From Oscillospiraceae bacterium (GTDB lineage: Bacteria > Bacillota > Clostridia > Oscillospirales > Ruminococcaceae): a stretch of 64,000 nucleotides of DNA. This document shows, piece by piece, positions 43,675 to 53,494 of this stretch (positions within the stretch are counted from its first letter, which is position 1; every line of letters starts with the position of its first letter). The notes under the pieces are model-generated. The model had not been told where the DNA came from. It searched no databases and was given only the letters and a program-made list of their open reading frames with translations. Where the stretch lies: contig JAJQBX010000021.1 in NCBI GenBank assembly GCA_021203065.1, forward strand, positions 130,514-194,513, in the 5' to 3' direction. The position numbers and the translations under genes are program-made.

Positions 43675-44157
43675 TTATTTATGATACCTAATTCCTGCAT
43701 TAATCGTCAACGCCCTATAGATCTGCTCGCTGAGCACTACTCTTGCAAGCTGGTGGGGAAGCGTCATTTCTGACATTGAAATTCTCAGTTTGCAGGATTT
43801 CTTGACGGTGTCGGAAAGCCCGAACGAGCTGCCGATGAAGAAGTTTATTGTCGAATAGCCGTTTACACCTGCGCATTCAATCTCGCTTGCGAGCTCTTCG
43901 CTCGAGATAAGCTTTCCCTCGACGCACATGGCGACGTTAAGCGAGCCTTTTTTGTCAAGATACGGTTGCATGAGCTTCGCTTCATTCTCAAGTGCCGAGA
44001 ATATTTCGGCTTCGGACGGATTGTCACTGAGCCTTGACTCGGGAAGCTCCACTATCTCAAAATGCGCAAACCTCGAAATTCTTTTGGAATATTCAGCTAC
44101 GGCTTCCCGCCAGTAGCTCTCTTTCAGCTTCCCGACGGCATTTATAGAAATATTCAT
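43675..44157 (-). CDS. rlmH: 23S rRNA (pseudouridine1915-N3)-methyltransferase
   Basis: SPOUT-family RlmH length and sequence (MNISINAVGKLKESYWREAVAEYSKRI ... QIYRALTINAGIRYHK). Confidence 0.9.
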   Translation of the reverse strand: MNISINAVGKLKESYWREAVAEYSKRISRFAHFEIVELPESRLSDNPSEAEIFSALENEAKLMQPYLDKKGSLNVAMCVEGKLISSEELASEIECAGVNGYSTINFFIGSSFGLSDTVKKSCKLRISMSEMTLPHQLARVVLSEQIYRALTINAGIRYHK

Positions 44158-44942
44158 CAGAATGTCACCGCCATTCCGCTGGTTTCAATCGGTGCTATGT
44201 AGAGAAGATAGTCCCGGTTTCTCTTGAACTCGTCGCCAAGCTCCCTCATAAGCGCATTTTCAGCGATGTGCGGGGTGTTGTTCTCCCGGCTGAGATGCCC
44301 TAAAATCACTTTCGTGAGCCCGTTCTCAATGAGACTGTGAAGCTCCTTGGCACTTGCACTGTTCGAAAGATGCCCGTCAGGCGAGGCGATTCTCTGCTTG
44401 AGATAATAGGGATAAGGACCGTTTCTCAGCATATTTTCATCATAATTTGACTCCAAGAAGACAAGATCCGCCATCCTTAAATTCTCGTCGACCTCTTTCG
44501 TGACATGCCCGAGGTCGGTGCAGTAGACGCAGGTCTTGCCGTCCGGCATGCCTATACGGTAGCCGACACTCTCGACGGCGTCGTGAGGCGTTTTGAATGA
44601 GGTGACCGAGAAATCCCCGATAACAACCTCCTCGCCGACATCCTGCTGACAGCAGCCACGACTCAGGTAGCCGCCGTCGATGAGCCAGCGCATTGTCTTC
44701 GCCGAGGCATAGACCGGGATGTCAAAGTGCTTGTTGAAGACCTTGAGAGCCGCAATGTGATCGGTATGGTCGTGGGTAATGAAAACGGCTTTTATCGCCT
44801 CAACCGGGATGTCGTTCTGGAGCAAAGCCTGAGTGAGCCTGCGGCAATTGAGCCCGGCATCGATGAGAATTCCCTCATTGGGATTTCCAACAAAACAGGA
44901 ATTTCCCGAGCTTGACGAAAAGAGCGGATATATTCTTGACAA
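44157..44942 (-). CDS. MBL-fold metallo-hydrolase (YycJ/WalJ-like)
   Basis: HxHxDH motif (ITHDHTDHI). 261 aa, adjacent to rlmH as in many Firmicutes. Confidence 0.85.
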   Translation of the reverse strand: MSRIYPLFSSSSGNSCFVGNPNEGILIDAGLNCRRLTQALLQNDIPVEAIKAVFITHDHTDHIAALKVFNKHFDIPVYASAKTMRWLIDGGYLSRGCCQQDVGEEVVIGDFSVTSFKTPHDAVESVGYRIGMPDGKTCVYCTDLGHVTKEVDENLRMADLVFLESNYDENMLRNGPYPYYLKQRIASPDGHLSNSASAKELHSLIENGLTKVILGHLSRENNTPHIAENALMRELGDEFKRNRDYLLYIAPIETSGMAVTF

Positions 44943-44974
44943 AGTGACACGTCCTTTTTTGATATTCAGACACG

Positions 44975-45012
44975 AAAAACCTGCGTAAATCCCGCAAAAG
45001 GAGATACGCAGG
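44975..45012 (-). terminator. Intrinsic terminator of murA
   Basis: On the minus strand, CCTGCGTA-loop-TACGCAGG followed by TTTTTC. Confidence 0.65.
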
Positions 45013-45030
45013 AGATTTTTATACTTTTTA

Positions 45031-46317
45031 TCAGCCGGTTCTCTTGACCGTTTCGTACTCTCTTACTCTTACGATGTCAGCACCCAAGCCCATAAGCTTG
45101 TCCTCGATGTTCTCATAGCCTCGCTCGATGTGGTAGATGTTCTCAACGACAGTCGTTCCGCTTGCCATAAGACCTGCGATTACGAGAGCAATTCCGGCTC
45201 TCAAGTCGGTAGCCCTGACGGCGGCACCGGTGAGCTCCGGGACACCCTGAATGACGGCAGTAGTGCCCTCAACGGTGATGTCTGCGCCCATACGTCTGAG
45301 CTCATTAGCGTATCTGAAGCGGTTGTCAAAGATGTCGTCGGTGACGACGCTTGTCCCCTCAGCGATGGTGAGAAGCGTCGAGAACTGAGGCTGCATATCG
45401 GTCGGGAAACCGGGGTGGGGAAGAGTTTTTAAGGTTGTCTTGAGAAGAGGACCATCGACGTAAACATGCACGCACTCGTCATACTCCTCAACAGTAGCAC
45501 CGACTTTACGGAGCTTTGCCGTGATCGATTCAAGGTGCTTCGGAATGACGTTCTTTATCCACACGTCGCCCTTTGTGGCGGCGGCGGCAACCATATAGGT
45601 TCCAGCCTCAATCTGGTCGGGAATGACAGAATAGGTGATTCCCTTGAGATAGTCAACGCCACGTATCTTTATGACGTCAGTGCCTGCGCCCATTATGTCT
45701 GCTCCCATCGAGTTGAGGAAGTTAGCAAGGTCGACAATGTGCGGCTCTTTATTGGCATTTTCAATAACTGTCAAGCCCTTTGCCTTGACAGCGGCGCAGA
45801 TTGCGTTGATAGTTCCGCCGACGGTGTGCTTGTCAAAGAAAATCTGGCTTCCGATGAGGTCTTTAGCCCTCAGTCTTACAATTCCGCCCTCAAGCGAATA
45901 CTCAGCTCCAAGCGCATTGAAAGCTTTGATGTGCTGATCAATAGGTCTGTCTCCAAGGTCGCATCCGCCGGGAAGCGGAACATCGGCTTTCTTGAACCTG
46001 CCCAAGAGTGTCCCCATAAAGTAGCTCGAAGCTCTTATGGAACGTGCAAGCTCATAGGGGACAACGGGATCACTGATCCCTCTTGTGTCTATTCTTATTG
46101 TATTTTTGTCGATAATTTTTATACTTGCGCCCATCTCATAGAGAATTTTGACGCAGATTCCGATGTCGCCGATTTCGGGGACATTCTCAAGTGTAACAGG
46201 CTCGTCGCACAGAATTGTGGCGGCAACAATGGCTACGGCGGCATTCTTTGCGCCGCTGATATAGACGTCGCCCTTGAGGGGCTTTCCGCCGTTGATGACT
46301 AACTTTTCTTTATCCAT
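45031..46317 (-). CDS. murA: UDP-N-acetylglucosamine 1-carboxyvinyltransferase
   Basis: ISGAKNAAV, GGCDLGDRPIDQH (active-site Cys loop). 428 aa. Confidence 0.9.
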   Translation of the reverse strand: MDKEKLVINGGKPLKGDVYISGAKNAAVAIVAATILCDEPVTLENVPEIGDIGICVKILYEMGASIKIIDKNTIRIDTRGISDPVVPYELARSIRASSYFMGTLLGRFKKADVPLPGGCDLGDRPIDQHIKAFNALGAEYSLEGGIVRLRAKDLIGSQIFFDKHTVGGTINAICAAVKAKGLTVIENANKEPHIVDLANFLNSMGADIMGAGTDVIKIRGVDYLKGITYSVIPDQIEAGTYMVAAAATKGDVWIKNVIPKHLESITAKLRKVGATVEEYDECVHVYVDGPLLKTTLKTLPHPGFPTDMQPQFSTLLTIAEGTSVVTDDIFDNRFRYANELRRMGADITVEGTTAVIQGVPELTGAAVRATDLRAGIALVIAGLMASGTTVVENIYHIERGYENIEDKLMGLGADIVRVREYETVKRTG

Positions 46318-46543
46318 ATATATTTATCTCCTAAGAGCAAATAGCTAATTAAAATTTTTATAGAGAAGAGGGCTTTCTGGCTTGCAGAAACACTCCGTCC
46401 TCTTAATCCATACTATTGTATCACACTTGGAGAGAAATTACAATTACAATTTTGTTACAATTTTCTCCCTGATTTGTGCATGTTGCACAAAGAAAAGCCG
46501 TTGCAGAGCTGACGAGAAAAGTGTGAAAGTTTTCTCACCACGA

Positions 46544-46572
46544 TTGACAACTGTCGCTTTTAGAGGTATAAT
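46544..46572 (+). promoter_or_regulatory. Sigma-A promoter TTGACA-17-TATAAT
   Basis: TTGACA at 46544-46549 and TATAAT at 46567-46572. Confidence 0.65.
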
Positions 46573-46608
46573 TAAAGGTAACATTTTACTTCCGGAGGAC
46601 ATTATATC

Positions 46609-48198
46609 ATGAAAAACTGCATAGATCAATCAAAAACCTACTTGGGAATCGAATTCGGCTCAACAAGGATCAAGGCTATCCTCACCGGCACTCACGGCGA
46701 AGTGCTGGCAAGTGGTGCTCACGACTGGGAAAACCGCCTCGAAAACGGCATCTGGACCTATTCCCTTGACGATATTCATACTGGTCTTCAGGACTGCTAC
46801 GCCTCTTTAGCTAAGGATTTTGAGTCGAAGTATGGAGAGAAGGTAACCACATTCGGCGCAATGGGCTTCAGCGCAATGATGCACGGCTACATGGCATTTG
46901 ATAAGTCTGGAAACCTCCTCGTCCCGTTCAGGACGTGGCGGAATACCATCACCGGTCAGGCGGCGTCGGAGCTTTCTGAGCTCTTCGGCTTCAACATCCC
47001 CGAACGCTGGTCGATTGCCCACCTTTATCAGGCAGTTCTAAATGGCGAGGAGCACGTCAAGGACATCTCCTATGTCCTGACTCTCGCCGGCTACATTCAC
47101 TTTATGCTCACAGGGAACAGGGTATTAGGTGTTGGCGAAGCTTCGGGAATGTTCCCGATAGATTCCGAAACCGGCAAGTTTGACGCTGAAATGGTCGCAA
47201 AGTTCGACGGGCTCGTAAAGCCTCATGGTTATCCTTGGACACTTTCTGAAATATTCCCCGACATTCTCCCAGCAGGCGAGAATGCAGGTTGTCTCACCGA
47301 ATCGGGAGCCAAGTTCTTGGACCCGACAGGCAACCTCAAGCCCGGAATTCCTCTTTGCCCGCCAGAGGGCGACGCAGGAACGGGAATGGCGGCTACAAAC
47401 AGCGTCCGGGTTAAGACCGGAAATGTCTCCGCAGGAACATCGGTATTTGCTATGATCGTCCTTGACAAGCCGCTTTCGAAGCATTATCCAGAAATAGACA
47501 TGGTCACCACCCCCGATGGCAAGCCGGTTGCGATGGTTCACTGCAATAACTGCTCGTCCGACCTCGATGCATGGATGAAGATTTTCATGGAGTTCGCAAC
47601 CATCTCCGGTCACCCGATGAGAAAGCCCGACCTTTACGACCTTCTTCTCACTCACGCAATGAGCGGCGACCCTGACTGCGGCGGCGTCTGCTCCTGCAAC
47701 TACTTCTCAGGCGAAAGCATCACTCACCTTGACGAGGGAAGACCTCTTCTTGTAAGAATGCCCGACGGCAATTTCACGCTCGCAAACTTAATAAGAAACA
47801 ATCTCTTCTCTGCTCTTGCCACTCTCAAGATTGGTCTTGATATTCTGGCATCAGAGAAGGTCGAGATTGACAGAATCACCGGTCACGGCGGCTACTTCAA
47901 GACGAAAGGCGTCGGTCAGAAGCTGTTGGCGGCTGCCATGAATACCCCTGTTTCCGTCATGGAGACAGCGGGCGAGGGCGGCGCATGGGGAATGGCACTT
48001 TTAGCGCAGTATATGGCACTGAAAGCCGATGGCGAGACTCTCGCCGACTACCTCGAAAGTAACATCTTCTGCGGCGACAACATGACCTCCACCACCGAAG
48101 CTCCCTCAGAGAGCGATATAGACGGCTTCAACAGCTATATGAAGCGTTACGATAGCATGCTCCCCGCAGAGAGAGCGGCAGTTGAGAATTACAGATAG
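46609..48198 (+). CDS. FGGY-family carbohydrate kinase (xylulokinase/ribulokinase-like; substrate unknown)
   Basis: N-terminal [12 protein letters not shown] actin-fold phosphate-1 motif, FGGY-type two-domain length (529 aa). Confidence 0.75.
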   Translation: MKNCIDQSKTYLGIEFGSTRIKAILTGTHGEVLASGAHDWENRLENGIWTYSLDDIHTGLQDCYASLAKDFESKYGEKVTTFGAMGFSAMMHGYMAFDKSGNLLVPFRTWRNTITGQAASELSELFGFNIPERWSIAHLYQAVLNGEEHVKDISYVLTLAGYIHFMLTGNRVLGVGEASGMFPIDSETGKFDAEMVAKFDGLVKPHGYPWTLSEIFPDILPAGENAGCLTESGAKFLDPTGNLKPGIPLCPPEGDAGTGMAATNSVRVKTGNVSAGTSVFAMIVLDKPLSKHYPEIDMVTTPDGKPVAMVHCNNCSSDLDAWMKIFMEFATISGHPMRKPDLYDLLLTHAMSGDPDCGGVCSCNYFSGESITHLDEGRPLLVRMPDGNFTLANLIRNNLFSALATLKIGLDILASEKVEIDRITGHGGYFKTKGVGQKLLAAAMNTPVSVMETAGEGGAWGMALLAQYMALKADGETLADYLESNIFCGDNMTSTTEAPSESDIDGFNSYMKRYDSMLPAERAAVENYR

Positions 48199-48232
48199 TT
48201 TTCACAAGCTGAGAACTGAGAAAGGATTACAA

Positions 48233-49819
48233 ATGAAAAACAAATGGCTGTTCTACGCCACGGCGTTCTTCTCGGGACTGTCGGTAATGGCGATAGAATT
48301 GGGCGCACAAAGACTGATGGCACCCTATTTCTCGTCATCGCAGATAGTCTGGACGATAATAATCGGAACTATCATGATCGCAATGGCGATAGGAAACGTG
48401 TTGGGCGGCAGGATTGCCGACAAGTACAATAACCCCGACCATCTTTTTGGCTGGCTTTTCGGAGCGGCAACGTGGACGATGCTTATTCCGCTTGTCGGAA
48501 AGTTCATCATCGCAGGAGTCGCACTGGTCTTGGCAATGTTCGTGACGACGAATTACCTCATCGTTGCGGCGTTTGTCTCCTGCATTCTTGTTTTCGTATT
48601 CCCGCTCTTGGTCTTGGGAATGGTAACCCCGAACCTCGTCAAGTATGCGACATCAAGCCTCGAGGAGAGCGGAAGAACAGCCGGGCGAATCGAAGCCTGC
48701 GGAACGATAGGCTCGATAATCGGAACATTCCTCCCGACATTCGTGACGATTCCGAATATCGGAACTGCGATGACTTTCGTGCTCTTTGCAAGCATCCTCT
48801 ACATCGTCTGCATTGTCTACGCAATTCTTCGCAAAAAGAGATTTATAGGAAAAGGCGTTGTCGTAGCGGTTGCGCTCGTTCTGGGAATTCTTTCGAACAA
48901 TATCGGCGTCGCTTTCTGGGAGACGGATATTCTCTATGAAGGCGAATCAATCTATAATTACCTGCGGGTTGAGGAGGACGAGGATTCGATATATCTGTCG
49001 ACGAACGTCCTCTTCGGCGTTCAGTCGGTAAAGATGAAGACGACCGGTCTTACAGGAATGTACTATGACTATGCGCTTGCCGCGCCGGTAATGGCAGGAG
49101 CCGCCGAAAATGAAGACGTTTCAGTCCTTATTTTAGGACTCGGAACAGGGACATTCGCAACCCAGTGCGAATACTATTTCGGAATAACCGACATCGACGG
49201 CGTCGAGATCGATCAGAAAATAATCGACCTTGCATATGAGTACTTCGACCTCTCCGACTGCGTTACAACCTACACACAGGACGGAAGAGCCTATATAAAC
49301 CTCACCGACAACACCTACGACGTAATAATGGTCGATGCCTATCAGGACATAACTATCCCGTTCCAGATGTCGAGCGTCGAGTTTTTTGAAGAAGTCGCAG
49401 AGCAACTCAATGACGGCGGCGTGATGGTCGTCAACATGAATATGTACTCAACCGGCGACGATGACAGCATCAACGACTACCTCTGCGGAACGATAAAGTC
49501 GGTCTTCGACAGCGTATATACCGTGACGACAAGCGGTTCGAACCTCGTCCTCTTCGCCTCGAACAGCTATGACTGTCAGGAGCAGCTCGAGGGAAGTCTT
49601 GACTCACTCGATTCAACAGTAAAAACGTTCATGACGAGAGTAGGCAACCGCATGACCGAAGTAGAAGAGAGTAATCTTATTCTCACCGACGACAAAGCCC
49701 CGGTCGAACTCCTCGGAATGAAAGTCCTTGACGAAATGATTTCGAGTGAACTCGAATCCCTCAAAAACATGATGCAAAATATGAGTATTGGGGAATTGTA
49801 TCAGTATTTGGTGGGGTGA
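48233..49819 (+). CDS. Fused multi-pass membrane domain / spermidine-synthase-like (AdoMet-dependent aminopropyl/methyl-transferase fold) protein
   Basis: About 7 N-terminal TM helices, then VLILGLGTGT and VIMVDAYQD motifs of the spermine/spermidine synthase family. ATG at 48233 lies after AAAGGA. Confidence 0.75.
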   Translation: MKNKWLFYATAFFSGLSVMAIELGAQRLMAPYFSSSQIVWTIIIGTIMIAMAIGNVLGGRIADKYNNPDHLFGWLFGAATWTMLIPLVGKFIIAGVALVLAMFVTTNYLIVAAFVSCILVFVFPLLVLGMVTPNLVKYATSSLEESGRTAGRIEACGTIGSIIGTFLPTFVTIPNIGTAMTFVLFASILYIVCIVYAILRKKRFIGKGVVVAVALVLGILSNNIGVAFWETDILYEGESIYNYLRVEEDEDSIYLSTNVLFGVQSVKMKTTGLTGMYYDYALAAPVMAGAAENEDVSVLILGLGTGTFATQCEYYFGITDIDGVEIDQKIIDLAYEYFDLSDCVTTYTQDGRAYINLTDNTYDVIMVDAYQDITIPFQMSSVEFFEEVAEQLNDGGVMVVNMNMYSTGDDDSINDYLCGTIKSVFDSVYTVTTSGSNLVLFASNSYDCQEQLEGSLDSLDSTVKTFMTRVGNRMTEVEESNLILTDDKAPVELLGMKVLDEMISSELESLKNMMQNMSIGELYQYLVG

Positions 49820-49848
49820 AGAGCACAAATAATGGAGAGAATAGATAT

Positions 49849-51297
49849 ATGGAAAACTTACAGCTTCTTATAAAAGAATTATGTTCTTATCCTAATGAAA
49901 CGCAGTGGATAGAGTTTAAAAAGGATAATTATATGCCCGATATGATTGGTAAAGATATTAGTGCCCTTGCGAACAGTGCAGTTATCTGTGAAAAGAGCTG
50001 TGCCTATATGTTGTGGGGAATTGACGATAAGACACATGAAATAGTTGGATCAAATCATAGTTTGCAATCTCTAAAAAAGGGCAATGAAGAACTTGAAAAT
50101 TGGTTAAGATTCAAGCTTTCGAGTAATGCTAATTTCGAGTTTTATAATGTTCCAGTGAATGATACTAATGTCAGTTTGATGGTGGTATACGCGGCGATAA
50201 ATCAGCCGGTTACGTTTGATAAAATTGATTATATTAGAATTGGGAGTTATACCAAGAGAATAAGTGATTATCCGATGGTACAAGCCCAACTTTGGGATAA
50301 GCTTAGAGATTCAAAATTTGAAGAGAGGTACGCTAAGCATGACTTGAGTTTGAATGATGCACTTAATTTTATAGATTATTCGGTATATTTTGAAATGAGT
50401 GCGATGCCAATGCCAACAGATGCGGATGGTATATGTCATTACATGATTGAGGAAGGCATTTTATCAAAGCAAGATAATGGGCTATTTGCGATAACAAATA
50501 TGGGAGCGATTCTTTTTGCACGTAAGCTTTCAAACTTTCCTAGACTCTCAAGAAAATCTATACGTCTTATCAGATACCATGGTAATAATCGTCTTGATAT
50601 GGAAAATGAAATTATCAATGAAAAAGGATATGCTATTGGATTTGAAGAGCTGATAAATTATATAGAGATAGCAACCCCGACTCGAGAGACTGTCGAAAAG
50701 GCTCTCAGGAAGAAGAAAACTGCATACCCGATGTTGGCAATAAGAGAAATTATAGCTAATGCACTCATGCATCAGGATTTTTCAATTACAGGCACAAGCC
50801 CAGTTGTTGAAATATTTGACGATCGAATTGAAGTAACAAATCCGGGAACGCCATTGGTGGACATAAAGCGAATCATAGACAACCCGCCGAGATCCAGAAA
50901 CGAAAAGCTTGCAGCAGTGATGCGCCATCTCAGAATGTGCGAGGAACTTGGTACCGGATGGGATAAGATTGTAACCGTCTGCGAATTAGCTCAACTTCCG
51001 GCACCTAAAATTGAACTGTTTGAAGAAAACACAAAGGTCATTATTTTCTCGAAAATGCCATTTTCTAATATTTCTCGGGAAGATAAGTTGTGGGCTTGTT
51101 ATCTTCATGCGTGTATAAAACATATTCAAAACGAGCAAATGACAAATGCGTCTCTTAGAGAAAGATTTGGACTAGGAGACACATATATAAGCACAATTTC
51201 ACGTCTTATCAGAGATTCAGTTGACGAAAAGCTTATCAAGCCTTTTGATGCGAATACTGCTCCAAGGTATATGAAGTATGTTCCGATATGGGCGTAA
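49849..51297 (+). CDS. AlbA_2 (Schlafen-type) DNA-binding domain + HATPase_c_4-like ATP-binding domain + C-terminal wHTH protein; low-GC
   Basis: The N-terminus ETQWIEFKKDNY...IGKDISALANS is typical of the AlbA_2 / divergent-AAA family. The middle segment REIIANALMHQDF...VEIFDDRIEVTNPG is HATPase_c_4-like. The sequence is AT-rich by eye. Confidence 0.7.
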   Translation: MENLQLLIKELCSYPNETQWIEFKKDNYMPDMIGKDISALANSAVICEKSCAYMLWGIDDKTHEIVGSNHSLQSLKKGNEELENWLRFKLSSNANFEFYNVPVNDTNVSLMVVYAAINQPVTFDKIDYIRIGSYTKRISDYPMVQAQLWDKLRDSKFEERYAKHDLSLNDALNFIDYSVYFEMSAMPMPTDADGICHYMIEEGILSKQDNGLFAITNMGAILFARKLSNFPRLSRKSIRLIRYHGNNRLDMENEIINEKGYAIGFEELINYIEIATPTRETVEKALRKKKTAYPMLAIREIIANALMHQDFSITGTSPVVEIFDDRIEVTNPGTPLVDIKRIIDNPPRSRNEKLAAVMRHLRMCEELGTGWDKIVTVCELAQLPAPKIELFEENTKVIIFSKMPFSNISREDKLWACYLHACIKHIQNEQMTNASLRERFGLGDTYISTISRLIRDSVDEKLIKPFDANTAPRYMKYVPIWA

Positions 51298-51428
51298 ATT
51301 TAACTTGCTGGTAACTTGCTGCGCAATTCAGTTTTTCAAATTTATTATCGCTGAAATGACGCATTTAAGCCACTTTACGGCATATTTGAACAAATGTTAT
51401 TTGCAAATTTAACTTGCTTGCTACTTGC
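51296..51428. repeat. Two 24-nt direct repeats (AAATTTAACTTGCTGGTAACTTGC / AAATTTAACTTGCTTGCTACTTGC), each containing a doubled AACTTGC core
   Basis: Copy 1 at 51296-51319 overlaps the stop codon of the AlbA_2 gene. Copy 2 at 51405-51428. 21/24 identical by hand count. Confidence 0.75.
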
Positions 51429-51493
51429 ACGTGACAAGTTTTCAGTAAAGAATATCGCCGCCCCGAATCCCCGAGACGGCATTTTCATCCCAA

Positions 51494-52402
51494 TTATTTC
51501 TTCCCCTTATTCTCCACCATCACCCTAATCCCACTCGGCAGAACCTCCACCGTTGTCTCCCTGAACTCTCCGCCTTTCTCGCCGTCAACTGTCCATGCAA
51601 TCGGCGTCTGACTTCTGAGAGTAATCTTCGACGTCTTGAACCCGTCCATATACTCGTTGTCAAAATCGAGCTTCATGAGAGAGGAGATTATGTGGTTTAG
51701 CTCATTGGTGTTCTTAGGATTTCTGATGAGGAGAACCTCAAACTTTCCGTCGTCGAGGCGGATATTGTCGACGCCACGGATTTTCATTCCGCCGACGTGG
51801 ACGGTGTTGAGAATGAAGCCAAGGATATAATCGCCCTTGCCGCTTCTTTCCTCCGACTCGTAGCTCAGCTTATAGGAGGTCATCGACGGAATCGATGCCA
51901 AGCCCTCAAGGATGTATGCGCTGAATCCGAGTTGATTTTTTGCGTTCTGAGGAGTGCTATAGGAGACCTCCGCAAGCGTTCCGAAAGCCGCAACATAAGT
52001 GAAATACCTGCCATTGAGGTTTCCGATGTCGCAGACAAAGGGAACACCGTCAATCGCAGTTTTCGCCGCATCGAGGGTTCTTGTCGGGATACCCACCGAT
52101 TTTGAGAAGTCATTCGTCGAGCCGCAGGGGATATAGCCGAACTCCCCCTGATAGCCGGCAGTAACGAACCCGTTGACAGCTTCGTTCAGCGTTCCATCTC
52201 CTCCTGCGATGACTATCCTATCAAAATCGCTTTGGCAGCATTCGGAGACAGTCTCAAGACAGTCAAGCCGCCTCTGCGTCGGGTGTACGGTGACGGCGTA
52301 TCCGCCCTTTGTGAATGTGTCCACGATGTCCGAAAGCTTTCTTGCAATCACTTTTGTACCTGAATTCGGGTTGTAGATGAGTAGCAGTTTTTTACTGTTC
52401 AT
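51494..52402 (-). CDS. dagK: Diacylglycerol kinase-family lipid kinase (YegS/BmrU/DagK type)
   Basis: LLIYNPNSG, GGDGTLNE motifs. 302 aa. Confidence 0.85.
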   Translation of the reverse strand: MNSKKLLLIYNPNSGTKVIARKLSDIVDTFTKGGYAVTVHPTQRRLDCLETVSECCQSDFDRIVIAGGDGTLNEAVNGFVTAGYQGEFGYIPCGSTNDFSKSVGIPTRTLDAAKTAIDGVPFVCDIGNLNGRYFTYVAAFGTLAEVSYSTPQNAKNQLGFSAYILEGLASIPSMTSYKLSYESEERSGKGDYILGFILNTVHVGGMKIRGVDNIRLDDGKFEVLLIRNPKNTNELNHIISSLMKLDFDNEYMDGFKTSKITLRSQTPIAWTVDGEKGGEFRETTVEVLPSGIRVMVENKGKK

Positions 52403-52436
52403 GAGATTCGCCTCCGTTTCTCATATTCTGAGATTT

Positions 52437-52751
52437 TTATTTTCTGTAGTAGGAATAGTGTGCCGTGACGTAACGCTTCTCGCCGGTGTAGTCGTCATAG
52501 CCGACGATCTCGACGCCGTTTCCGCTTAATAGCTCGCCCATGGTTGCATCCTTGATTCTGCACCGGAAGACCTCGTGCGCCTCGCACATGACGACGATAA
52601 CGTCGCCTAAGATTATGATTCCGCCGTTTTTTCCGAGGACTTTTTCCTGCCCGTCAATTCTCTCGACGGCATACTGAATAGATTTGCCGTTGAATTTCGC
52701 CAAGTCCTTCTGCGAGAGAGCATACTTGTCCTTTTTCTTGAAAAGTCCCAT
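52437..52751 (-). CDS. Small conserved hypothetical protein (104 aa)
   Basis: ORF with plausible codon usage, packed tightly between maf and dagK. No domain recognised. Confidence 0.55.
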   Translation of the reverse strand: MGLFKKKDKYALSQKDLAKFNGKSIQYAVERIDGQEKVLGKNGGIIILGDVIVVMCEAHEVFRCRIKDATMGELLSGNGVEIVGYDDYTGEKRYVTAHYSYYRK

Positions 52752-52754
52752 CTC

Positions 52755-53330
52755 TCAGCCTCCTGCGAGCATGATGAGCTTGTCAATCTCACGCCTGAGC
52801 TTTGCAATCGGAAGTCCCATCACGTTATAGTAGTCGCCCTGTATGCCCTTTATAAAGAGTGCGCCGCCGTCCTGAACTCCATAAGAGCCAGCCTTGTCAA
52901 ACGGCTTGAATTCAGCTATGTAGCTTTTTATCTCAGAATCTGAGAGGGGATAGAACTCAACATCCGTCTCCTGCGAGAAAGAAAGCGTCTTACCCTTATA
53001 GCAGATGCATACGCCACTGACGACGGTATGAATTCTCCCGGAAAGAGTCCCCAGCATGTCATAAGCGTTCGCTTCATCCTTGGGCTTTCCGAAAATGACG
53101 CCGTCAAGAATCACAACAGTGTCGCACCCGACAACAATCTCATCAGGATGACTTTTCGCCACGCTCAGAGCCTTTCTGACCGCTAAAATCTCCGGCACGG
53201 AATAAGGCTCAGTCTCTTTTGGGAGTATCTCGTCGCACTCGGGCGAAATCACCTCAAAGTCTTTCGTAATGTATCCGAAAAGCTCATGCCGACGTGGCGA
53301 GCTCGAAGCTAAAATATATTTCATGTCCAA
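52755..53330 (-). CDS. maf: Maf-family nucleoside triphosphate pyrophosphatase
   Basis: ILASSSPRR, GCDTVV, GKP, AGSYGVQD motifs. Confidence 0.9.
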   Translation of the reverse strand: MDMKYILASSSPRRHELFGYITKDFEVISPECDEILPKETEPYSVPEILAVRKALSVAKSHPDEIVVGCDTVVILDGVIFGKPKDEANAYDMLGTLSGRIHTVVSGVCICYKGKTLSFSQETDVEFYPLSDSEIKSYIAEFKPFDKAGSYGVQDGGALFIKGIQGDYYNVMGLPIAKLRREIDKLIMLAGG

Positions 53331-53389
53331 TCTGAACCTCCATTATACAATCTAAGACTATTGTAGCACAAAAATCAGTGAAAATCAAC

Positions 53390-53419
53390 TTGACAGAACC
53401 AACTATTCTAATGTACAAT
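53390..53419 (+). promoter_or_regulatory. Sigma-A promoter TTGACA-18-TACAAT
   Basis: TTGACA at 53390-53395 and TACAAT at 53414-53419. Confidence 0.55.
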
Positions 53420-53435
53420 AGTATGGTGTAATTAA

Positions 53436-53494
53436 GGCTCCCCTGTTAAGGGGAGCTGTCGCCGCAGGCGACTGAGGGGTTACCCCGGAGGGGA
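53436..53494 (+). repeat. REP-like palindromic element copy inside a 5' UTR
   Basis: GGCTCCCCTgttaAGGGGAGC TGTCGCCgcagGCGAC TGAGGGGttaCCCCGGAGGGGAG. Its 3' end supplies the GGAGGGGAG SD for the ATG at 53500. Confidence 0.75.

Noticed and set aside
43433-43680. Short ORFs through the GC-rich repeat elements (e.g. 43231..43554, 43518..43700, 59191..59388, 59418..59627).
   Set aside because: They are read-throughs of palindromic repeats (recurrent peptide strings such as SPVKGSCQRS/LRG). They lie between convergent genes or in UTRs and have no start context.
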